A DNA stretch of 64,000 bases from Candidatus Omnitrophota bacterium (GTDB lineage: Bacteria > Omnitrophota > Gorgyraeia > Gorgyraeales > Gorgyraeaceae), in the NCBI GenBank assembly GCA_042570105.1, contig JBHPHW010000001.1, positions 19,932 to 83,931 of the forward strand, written 5' to 3'. Below are positions 12,201 to 24,200 of this stretch, one piece after another. Every line of letters starts with the position of its first letter. Within the stretch, counting starts at the first letter, position 1. A program made the position numbers and the translations under genes. The notes below the pieces were generated by a model. It did no database searches, was not told the DNA's origin, and was given only the letters and a program-made list of their open reading frames with translations.

Positions 12201-15200
12201 CCAGAAGAACGGGATTTATGGAGAGTACAGTTACCCGAAATATAAGGATACTTGAATCTAAACGCCTGGTTCAGACAGCGAGGGTAAAAGGAAGGGTTGA
12301 GGTATATCTCTATGGACAGGTTCCAGAAGATGCCCTACTAACCATAGATAGGATCTTAGCTTTACTCAGGAAAAACCCACAACAGGGTTTAACAATAAAA
12401 GCGATTGCTCGCAGAATAGGGGTTTCGAAATCAACTGTTAGAAGGAATGTAGACGTTCTTAAATCCAAAGGATTAGTTAAGATAGTGAAGGAAGGAAGGG
12501 GTTTTAGAGTCTATTTGCCAAGTAAATTTCAAGAGACAGCCAGGGAAAAGATCCTAAATGCACTCAGAGAAGATCCCGAAAAGGTCTTAAGAAAGAGTAC
12601 GATAGGCAGAAAGGCAGGGATCCCTAAAACCACAGTCAAGCGACATATAGATATCCTTGAGTCCGAAGGATTAGTCAGGACAAAAGAGGTAGTGGGAGGG
12701 ATTGGTGTCTATTTGCCAGATGAGGTTCCAGAAGATATTTTGACAACCGATGAGAAGATCCTAAAAGCACTTGGAGAAGAAAATGATCTGACGCAGGAGG
12801 CACTTTCCAAGAAGACAGGCCTACATGTAGACACAGTGGGTAGCGCAGTAAAGAGGCTTGAAGCTAAAGGATTGCTTAAAATAGAGAAATCAGGTATCAG
12901 AAATGCGAACAGGGTGCACCTTAAAACTGATAAAGATGCAAGTCTGATTAAACCTGCAATTTCAGGTGGTTCGGAGGAAAGTTTTGTACTTCAACTGCCC
13001 GATGGTACAGCTCATATTTTTGCCCCTGGGGACAGAATTAGGCATCCTCTTTACGGCAATGGGATAATCTTAGAAGTGGTTCCAGACAAAGATGGTGTTC
13101 CTGGGGTTAATATTGAATTTAGTTATAGCAAAGAGGGACAAGCAAAGCTATCGTTATGCCTTGAACTTAGTGCTCTTCAAGGGAAGCTTTCTCCTCTCGA
13201 AAGGGAGAGTGGGAGTTTAGTAAAGAGAGAAAATGAAGACTCTTTAGATGATACAGAGAGGAATATATTAGGTTTAATGGCAAAGGGCAAGACATATCGA
13301 GAGATAGCTGAAGAAACAGAAATTCCAGTAAAAAAAATTACTACCTCGATTTTTTCAGCTATACGCAGGAAATTTAAAACAACTAGCCGCGGTGACCCAG
13401 ATCTTAGACTAAGGACCATAATAATCGGAGCCAAGAGAGGTGATATCGAAGACTTAAACATAGCAAATTTTGTACGCAGAATAGATAGGTTACTCATTAT
13501 AACCAGGACCCTCTTAAATGGACAGGAAGATGCTATAGTAGCATTTATGGATGAGGGTTTTTCAAATAGAGAGATAGCCAGCGAATTAGGCATAGAAGAA
13601 GGTGAGGTAGAGGCGCATATCTCTAATATAAACAGGGAATTAAAAGAATCGATAGAGGAAATTACAGAAGAGTCAATCCTGAACCTAGAGGAAACAGGGA
13701 CAATTCTTCCTTTGTCAGATCTTGAGAGAGAGATATTGAGGGCCAATGGAGATTCTCCTAGAGAGGTAGCAGAAGAGTTGGATAAGGCAGGTGGGCAAAT
13801 CGAGAGTTATTGGAATAGTATCTTGGTTAAATTCAATGTAAGTACAATAACTGAGGCAAGAAAGATATTTTTCGTGAAGATAAGGGGAGGACTCTTAGAA
13901 CAAGGATACCCTGAGCTTATAGCCGATGGAGTAGCCAGAGACAAAAATCCCGTAAAAGAAGCTAGAGAGCTTTTAGGCAGACAAGAAGGCTTTATCGAAG
14001 ACGGATATCCGCCAAGATTGGCTTCTCTCCTGGCGCTTAAGGAAAGAGACCCCGAAAATATAATAGAGCTAGGGATAGAAATAGCCATACAAGAATTCCT
14101 AGAAGGCAGAAATTCTAAGTGCATAGAGTTTCTTGAAGGATTGATGGAGGAAGTTTCTATAGAGGATATAACCGATAAGATAAGGAATATTTGTTTAAGA
14201 GACCTAGAAATACTAAAAGGATTTTCTAGAATAAAACAATCAACTAGATTTGGGGACTTGATCAAAAGCATAATTCCAGACACGCCAAACCAGGAAAAGA
14301 CCCTAAAAATAGTACAAGAAAACCCAGGATTAACAGCAAGAGAAATTGCAGGAAGGACACAGGCTGCAATACGCACGGTTAATCGGCATGTAAAAGAGCT
14401 TAAGGACAAAGATCTGATCGAGACTCGGAGGGTAGGGAGAGAAGTTAGAGTTTTTCTGAAAGGTGAAGTCCCGGCAGATGTTCTTACGTACCGGGAAAAG
14501 ATCCTAAAAATAGTACAAGAAAACCCAGGATTAATAATAACAGAAATTGCAAGAAGGACGCGGATTCCAGGAACCACGGTTAGGCGGCATGTAGAAGAGC
14601 TTGAATCCAAAGATCTGATCGAGACTCGGAGGGTAGGGATAGAAGTTAGAGTTTTCCTGAAAGGTGAAGTCCCGGCAGATATTCTTACATCCCGGGAAAG
14701 GATCCTAAAAATACTAAAAGAAAACCCAGGATTAACAACAACAGAAATTGCAAGAAGGACGCAGATTCCAGGAACCACGGTTAGGCGGCATGTAAAAGAT
14801 ATTGAATCCACTGATGCTGATAGAGAAGACGCGGGTGGTGAGGAGAGTACGCCTCAGCCTCTAGTGGCTGTTGCTGGACCAGGTACCTGGGCCCCCGAAG
14901 GTGAATTGGTTGCGCTAGTGGATAGTGAACTGCCACGAGGTGCCAGACAACACCATCCGGAGAATCTGTTTGATGATCAGATAGAGCGCATGCTGTATCC
15001 GGAACATCAGCAAAGGGGAGGCGGCAGCAATGCCACTGAATCTCATATGACAACGCTCGTTGACCAAGTGCGTGAGGGAAATCCAACAGCCATCCAAGAA
15101 GCTATTGCGTTATTGAAGAAAACTTCGTCTAGCCTGCTAGATAGCCAGATGAATGAGTTAGAACAAGCTGTATGTGAATCGCTCGAGATATTTTTCCATG

Positions 15201-18200
15201 AGATCAACCCAGCTTTTCAAGAGGCGTTGCGTGAGGGGACTTCATTCATTGAGCCAGCGACCCCACCAATAGGGAGGTACAGCTACCCCATAAAGAGGTA
15301 CCGCTATCCCATTTGCTGTATGGCGTCTTCAGGCGCGATGTTACAGATTGTTAAGGAGCGTTTCGGTAAGGACATTGAAATCTCAGCCGTCCGAGCCGAC
15401 ATACACAAGGGTAGCTCAGAGAAACATGACTGGAACGAGCTAAAGATAGGTAGTAGGCGGTTCTATTTGAGTTTCACAGACCACCAGTTTGATAGGAGGC
15501 TGTGGGTACACAATCCGCGCGATAGGAGTAAATGGTATGTCAATGAGCGCGATGTTCAAGACTACGATGATTTATCAGCAGAAGAACGCGATAGATTGGT
15601 CGTTTTTGAGGAGATTACCGGAATAGAAGAGGCATTTTATAAAGATCATGGCCTGACGTTCGTGGAGCCCAATTTCAACAAGTTTGACAATGAAGACGAA
15701 ATCCAACGTGTCATCGCGTTTTTCTATGAAATAAGTGATCAGAAAGAGCTCGAATCCACAGCAGCTGGCGAGTCAAGAGATGAGTTAGCTATTGCGCCAC
15801 GCATCTCAGAAGGAATCCAGGAGAGAAAATCCCTTACTCCCTTAGGTCAAAAGATGTATGACTGGTGGGTTGCTCTAATTCACGAAAACCCAGAAAAGGT
15901 CTATCAGATACAGCTCAAGAAAACGATCGCCCAGGCAGTAGAAGTCGATCCAAAAACTGTTTTCAATAACCGGGCAAAAGTCAATCAGCATTTGAACGCT
16001 GACGGTTATCCTATCATTCCCAATAATGTGGCAGATGTTATTTATAACTGGTGGGTTGCCTTGATAAAAGAAAATCCAGAAAAGGCTTATCAAGTACAGT
16101 TCAAGGAAGCGATCGCCAAGGCAATAGGAGTCCAGCCAAAAACTGTCTCTCATAACCTGGCAGGGATCAACCGGCGTCTCAAGGATGACGATCATCTGGT
16201 TATTCCCAATAAAGTAGCAGATGCCGTTTACAATTGGTGGCGTATCGCAATAGAGGAAGATCCAGAAAAGGTCTATCAGATACATTACCGAAAAGTAATA
16301 GCTCAAGCTGTAAGCGTCAAAGAAAATACTATTACCCATTACCTTACAGAAGTTAATCAACGTTTGAAAAATGACGGACATCTTATCATTCCCAATAATG
16401 CTGCAGATGCTATTTACAATTGGTGGTTTGTCCTAATCGCGCAAGATCCAGAACAGGCTTATCAAAAACAGTCCCGGGAAACAATAAGAAAGGCTACAAG
16501 GATCAATATACACAGCGTCTCAACAAATAACCTTGCAAAAGTCAATCAGCGTCTTGAGTCTGAAGGCCGTCCTCAGATTAAGGTAGGGAGAAGGAGTAGG
16601 GCAGAAGAATCCGAACAACCTGAGCGGCCTTTAGCCATCACATCCGCACGTGGACGCGAATTCCATAGATTAGAAAATGGAATGTTGCTACCCGGACCGT
16701 TTACACCTCAAGACATTGACCCATTATCTCTCTTATTCGGCAATAGAGGGACGACCACTCCTCACACAAATCGTGGAGTGCCAGATGTTTTATCTTTAGA
16801 CTTTTTGGGATTAGGGGGAGGAAGAGCACGCGGATATCAGAGGAAAAAATATCCCTCTATAGCTCAGAGCAGTCACCGCCCAGGTGGAGACCGTAAATTT
16901 CCGATCATCACAGGTGGTTCTGAGCCTAGAATACAAGGAAGATCTATCCCCTACTCAGATGAAGAAAAAGAAATATTAATGGCTTATGGAGAAACAATAG
17001 AAACTATAAATAAGGAGTTGCCTCATATAGTAAGTAGGAGGATCGAACTTCTTATTAGTAGTATCGAGGTTAAATCTGACAGAAGTCTCCTGGAGGCAAG
17101 AGAAGATTTTCTACCAATAGGGGACAAACTTTCAAGAAAAGGGTATTCTTCCAATATAATCGAATCAGTAAATCAAAAGATTGAAGAAGGATACCCTGAA
17201 AGCTTAGCTTTCCCTGGAGCAATTATGGCACAGGACCCTAAGAGGGCAGCAGAACTAGGGGTAGCGCAAGCCTTTCGAGAATACTGGCAAACCAGAAACC
17301 CTAAATGCATGGAATTCATTAGAGAACTTTCAGTAATTTCTGAAGAAGATGTTGATAATGAGATATGGAAGATCTATCAAACAAAGACAAGAGAGATGCT
17401 TAGATTTATCCGGATAATCGTGATGATATTCCCTGCATTTATACCTAGAGCAAGAAAGAGGAAAATCCTGGGATTTGTTAAAGAGAATCCTGGAGCAGAG
17501 CAGAGAGAGATTGAAAAAGAGCTAAAGATTCCCAGCTCTTCACTTTCCAAGGACATAGATGAATTAGAAGAAGAAGGTTTAATTGAGAAAAGAAGAGCAG
17601 GTGGACAGAACAGGATCTATCCAAAAGGTAAAGTGCCTGATATTGTCCTCCCAAGAATACAGGAAAGGATCCTAAATGTCATTAAAGAAAAACCAGGACT
17701 AATCGGCGCAGACATTGGAAGGGAATTAGATATCCCCTGGTTTAATGTAGGTTACAACATACGTAGGTTGGAAAAAAGAAGATTGATTAAAAAAGTAGAA
17801 GTAAGAGGAGAGGCTAGAATTTATCTTGAGGGCGAGACTCCAGAGACGGCTCTTACAAAAAGAGAAGAGGAAATACTCAGACTAGTAAGGGAAAAGCCAG
17901 GATTAACGCATGCAGAAATTGCAAGAAGGATAGGATTAACGCCAATCACAATAAAAATTAATACAGAAAGACTAGAAGAGTTAGATTTGGTTGAAAGAGT
18001 AAAACTATTAAAGTGGGACAGGATCTATCCCAAAGGTGAAGTCCCCGAGGTACCTCTTATTGAAAGACAGAAGAGAATCTACAGAGCGATCCAGGATAAC
18101 CCGGGAATATCTCAAAGAGAACTTGAGGAGAAGGCAAAAGTTACCGAAGGTACAGTCAGAAGAGATCTAAAAAAATTAAAAGAGGTGGGTTTAGTAAGGA

Positions 18201-21200
18201 TGTTTAGGGTAGGTAGGGGTTATAGGATATATCCGGAAGATAAGGCTCCTGAAAGCCCTCTTACAGTAATACAAGAGACGATTCTAGAAGATGTTAAGAA
18301 AAATCGTGGCACAACGCAAGCAGCCATTGCAAAAAGGACAGGATACAAAAACGGTGTAGTTAGCTCTAATTTAAGAAAATTAGAAGAAATAGGGAAGGTT
18401 GAGATACTGAGGACAGGATTAGGTACCAGGGTCTACTTAAAGGGTAGAGCTCCGAAGGTTTCTCTTACGCAAAGAGAAGAAAGAATACTCAGGCTAGTAA
18501 GGAGAAATCACGGATTAACGTTAAAAGAGATTGATGAAAGGCTAAGAATCCCTCGGGGCACAACTAACTATAATGTAAAAAAGTTAGAGCAATCAGGAGA
18601 GGTTGAAACAATAGAAGTAGAAGGAAAAATAAAGGTCTATCCAAAAGGTAAAGTTCCCAAGGTCGTTCTTTCCAAAAGGCAAAGTGAAATTTTTGATATA
18701 GTTAAAGAAACCCCTGGAATCACACGCCCAGAACTTGCAAGAAGGGTAGAAATTACTGGAGCAGCATTAGATAAGCATAGAGCCAGATTAGAACAAAAGG
18801 GTTTGATCGAAATAGTGAGGGTTGAAAAGGAAATTAGAATCTATGAAAAAGGAAAGGCTCCTAAAACCCCTATTACTACAAACCAGGAGACTATCCTGGA
18901 AGTAGCCAGAGACTTCCCTGGGCTGACATATGAAGAAATTTTTCAGTTAGGGTTATTCGCATTTATAAATACCGTTGGAGGAGTTGCAAGAAGGTTAAGA
19001 GCAAAGGGCTTGGTCAGGATAATAAGAGACGGACAAACAATGAGGGTTTATTCGACTGAAGAAGGGGAGACGATTTTAGAACATTTGAAACCTATTAAAA
19101 GTCTTCCTGCATCAGTTGTCTATCATGGACTTTCTATAACTGTGAGAGAATTTATAGATACTTTAGAAATAAAAGATAAGATCTTAGACGACCAGGGTAA
19201 TCTTAAAGTTAATATTTATATTAACGATGAAGCAGCAAGGCTTGATAGTCTTATTGAAAACGATGATAAGGTAAGCATTATGTCGATTGGGGCCAAAAGT
19301 GATAAAGGTTCCTCTGCGACATTTAGTTTAGGAGGCACCTGGATGCTTGTAAGACTTATTTCTTTAGCTGCAATGATTGCGTTGTTCACATTACCTGTAT
19401 CATGGCGTGGCTTAGGATTTGCTACAATAATAGCAATGGTTGACTTAGATCAGTTTTGTGCTGCTGTAGATCCCCGTATAGTGCGTTTATTCTCAGGCCG
19501 TGGAAATCGAGGTCTCTTGCGTCCCTTTTCAAACGCAGAGCCCTTGGACCAACTCGAAGTTTCTGAGCGGACAATAAAGCATGGTATCTATAATGGAAAG
19601 CCTACTATCTCTCTTGTTAAAGATGGAAAGATATATGCTGATAAAGACAAACTCAGCCACATAGGTCCTTACAACCAGCTCTTAATATATATTCACGAGC
19701 TCTTCCACAAGTTGTTGTGGTTTGGGGAAGGACGACATTGGAAAGAACTATTCGCAAATATAGGTGTTGCTAGTTTCTTACTTGTAAAGAATGTAGCGCC
19801 GCTCCTTCTTATTCTCATCTTTACAGACATAACAAATATGTTGGCCCTTATTCCTCTCATTATAACGCCCATCCTTTCACATAAGTTCTTCAGTGCGATT
19901 GCAGCTAGGTGGACTGTGGGGCGCGTTACACTTATAGCTGGAAAGGATTTAGAAGAGAAGATCAAGGAAGTTGTGAGTCTAATGAAGTCAAGGGAATATG
20001 ATCGTGCGCTTCAGATTATTAATCCACTAATCGAAGAGCACAGAAGATACATCCTTTCAGAGTTACGCGCTGAAGCTTCAAATGGACTCCAAAGAAGCAT
20101 TGCTGAAAGATTGTCCAGCGAGATAGACTTTAATTTACCCCTTAAAGACCAGGCAGTATTCGATGCGGTATCGATGATGGCAAGACACGGAGCATATTCA
20201 CGATACTCTAGTGTTACTATGGAGAATTTAGGTTCTCTTATGGTTTTTCATGATCTTTCTTTACATCTTAAAGAGAACGGCATGATATCTAACAGCAATG
20301 ACTTAAAGGAACTCTATGATGGATTTCTCCAGCCCTATCGATATGCAACAGCAGGAGTGCCAGTTCTCAATATTGCCGCACGAATAAAGCCTTTTAGCTT
20401 GGACTTGATGAACCACATGTCGGAAGAATTTTACATGTATTGCTGGAGAGCAATAAGAGCTCAAAGAAATTATATTTTGCGTGCAGTGGATCATATATGG
20501 AATAGCCTGGTGGGCGTCTTTTTGGTCGTAAGGAATCTTATTCAGGTAAGCTTGGTCTCGCATAAGATTCGCCGTAAGATAGAAGAGCGTAACGCCATGG
20601 TTGCTCAAATCTTGTTATCGCATCTGGGGGAGGATTCAGGATTTAAGACACGTATCTCCCGCCTTAAGAATGCGCCAGATGTTCTCGGGAGTCTTTATAA
20701 AAGTGAGCCCATAGATTTTGCAGCATTGCTTGCGCTGGTTGACACAAGCGGGTTTTATTACTCGGCACCAAGCGTGGCCACCGAACACGAAAAGGGACAA
20801 ATAGTCCGAAAAGGGAAGGAGATTGTTAATATCGGTGTGGATGCCAGTATGTATCACCCATTAGACGTAGATTATTTATCACTCTTAGAAGAAGGACATA
20901 ATAGGGATGATGCAAACATGGTTCTTATCCATGACAGCTCAAAGGTCAGCATTAAGAAGGTAAATGGTAAAAAGGTTATCTCTGTGAGTGAAGGTATTAT
21001 GTTTCATAATAGAGCGTTAAAGCTAGTGAGGTTTGATGAACCTCTGACATTACATTACATTGCAAATTTCCAAGGCGGAATTGATGGATACATTAGTAAA
21101 GTGAATGTTCCTAGTTGTGGCCATAGTAGTATTACAGATTACACTGAAGAAAAAGATATATCAGACCTCATTCTTAGAGAGAGCGGCATAAGCTTGCCAG

Positions 21201-24200
21201 AGACTTCTGCGATCATAGTGAGAGATAGTGGGGTCGCTAGCCTTGTTGAACGACGCAAGAACGCAGATAATGTCTATATCATGACCCAAGAGGATCATAA
21301 AGAGATGAGAGAATTTGACGATCCCACTTTTAGGGGTCGTATAAAAGAGATGTTAATAGGATTCTTAAAAGGACATAAACTTGAAGAAGCTGTTTTAAAG
21401 CCTAATCGAGCAGCTCACGGAGACGATGTATTATTTTTCGATGAACAAAATCTGGATGAAGCTACTGATAAGGCACTACAACTTTTACAGGCAGGGCAAA
21501 ACATAATCATGCAGGAGCGCATTAAGCCTCCCTTTGTGATGGAAGAAGATGGACCAAAAGACTGGAACCTCAGGATCTTTGTCTCGCACGATCAACACGA
21601 TCAACCTATTGTTAGTGATATGGATAATATGCTTGTACGCATTGATAAAGAAGGAGATGCTGTTAATATCAGTAAGACAGCTAAAGTGTGCACAATTGAG
21701 GAAGTCGCGTCTCAATTGGGTATCTCCGAGATCGAACTAGGAGAGATAAAAGAGCAGGTGGAAGAGATTTCAATAAAGGCATTTCAGGCAATTGAGAATG
21801 CTATGAGAGATGATAAGGTATTAGGTGATTCTGAACATTCTACAGATTTAATGGGAGTCGATGTGATGGTAGTTAAGGAAGAAGGAAAATGGGTTGTGTA
21901 TATGATCGAGGTAAATGATTTTCACTCAGGAGGTCAGGGTTTCTTGGATAGACATTTACGTGAACTCCAGGCGCAGGGCGTTACAATCGCAAAAGATAGT
22001 ATAGGGAAGGCAAATCGTGACTTTGTAGCTACTATGGTTCGCCGAGCGCAGAAATACGCTGGAGTCGTTGATTTTAATCCCTCTATATACCGTAAAATCA
22101 GAGCCCAGTTAAAGCGCCTTAGATATTCCGACGCCTATAGTAATAAAGTTTTCGGAGAGCTAATATCGAGGGATAGACACATGCCAAATGGAGATGCATC
22201 AAGGCCTGATGCTTCTAGTATGGAAGATCAGTTAGAGCTTATAAAGAGAGATATCGAAGAGCTTGTCAGAAAAAAGACAGACCGATCGGATAGAACGTTC
22301 AATATCTACTGTGTTGGTATTGGTCAAGATACTATTGGAACAACCACTATACTTCAAATACTCTACGAAACGCTCCTCGGGAGGCAAAAGGTGTTGTCGG
22401 AATCAGATAAGCCAAAAGCAGATCCAGAAAATTGCACTGTAAGAATATTCCGGATAGACCCAAGAGAAGAAGTTGTTGAAAAGGCACAGGCCTACTTTGA
22501 TGAGGTTATGGCTAATCCACTTGAGAGTATTGGCGTAAATTTTGGCACTTTGGTAGTAGAAGCACATTGTGCTAATGCGCTTGATCCTGATCAACTGAGT
22601 GAAGTTAAAAGGCATATTCGCTCAAGTCATAAAAAGAGATGGTACCAGAGAAACTTTGACGCTGATTATGTTTTTCATCGTAGTCTGTCATATCCAAATA
22701 GTATGGCCCAAGACCCAGAGAGCGCTCTTTATAAAGATCTTAGATCTATGAGCGTTGAGGATATGGCGACTTTTATAGATATGTTTTTACAAAGTTATAA
22801 TGTTTTACTTGCGTTTGGAAAGAATGGTACACATTACATTGTTGAGCCAGGAGGCATTGGTCATTCTCGACATCTTAAAGATGATCGTGAAAGTTATGAA
22901 GTTGGAGTCTATCGAGTTCCTGGGACAAAGATAATAACTAGACGTGAGTTAATGTCAATGACTGATGACCAAGACCCACAGATCCCCTTGGGAAGCATAG
23001 GAGATCGCGCAACAGGGATACTTAAAGTAAATAATATAAATGCTGTTAGAAAGATGAAACTCCAGAACTTTCAACAGGCAATAGAGGATAGCAAAGCGAA
23101 GACAGTTAAAAAACTACTTGATGCAGCACCTCTCATTAAAACAGAAGGACTACTGCCCGATGGTACTGAATGGCGCATTGAACCATTTGAAAAATCCGAT
23201 AAACGTTTGCTTAATGAATGGTTCGCTTACGAGAATAGAAGCTTACTAATCCCAGTTACTACACATTATCTTAGATCTTTTTTAAGGTCTGGAGGTTTTG
23301 ACTATAAATTTATAACGATAAATTCTGAAGGCGAAGAGAGAATCGAAGGAGTATTAGGACATAGCCATAGGTTTCCTTCTGGTTGGAGGTATGATCTTAA
23401 GGGATTTAAGGCATGGTGGCCTTATATAGATATAGTAGAACTTGCTTCTTGGAATAGAGGTCGAAAAAGACAAATAAAAGGTATTGCATCAAGACTTATG
23501 GCAGTAACTATTAGGGATTATCTATTCCAAGGCTTTGATGGTAGGACGCTAGTATGTGCTGAAACTAGGGATGGTCGACGTTTAGTAAGTAGAATTGGAT
23601 TTGAACCAATAAGCCATAGAGGTTTCTTCCCTCACTGGTATGAACTTACTCCAGAGAAGGCCTTAGAATTTCTTGAGCAACAGATTAAATTAGAAAGCGA
23701 TAAAGGTGATAGCGCTGTAAACCAGACTACAGAGGCAAAGGAATTGGTTGAACCAGTTGATCCTAATGAAATTCAAACTTCTCCTATCGGACCATCCTAC
23801 CAATTTGTAGGAGATTTTTCGGAAAAGGGCTCTATGCTCAGGGCTCAAGTTAAAAGTGAAGTAGGGCTTCAGTATGAGTTAAGTATTGAGAGAATACCGG
23901 CTGAGTCAAGTATCGAGAGTATACTAATACATAGAGATTCTTATGATTACAACCTCCGGTATAACGGTAGTCAAGTTATGAATATTAGAGTTACCAATGT
24001 AGATGGCAAAATTTATATTGGATATATAGGGCGAGCAGATCGCGATAGAATTCATGACGGCGTATATTATATGCTTTTTAATATTATGCTTTGCGACCTA
24101 AAAGATAGAGTTGGCTTGGACTTTAATGGATTAAAAGTAGGAGGTGTAATGGGACTTAGATATTCAAACCCGAGAATTGCAGCAGGCTCAAATAGGTTTG

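Noticed and set aside
14285-14815. Possible CRISPR array or non-coding tandem repeat
   Set aside because: Repeats are 201 bp, in frame and encode winged-helix protein modules. There are no short spacer-repeat alternations and no cas genes.
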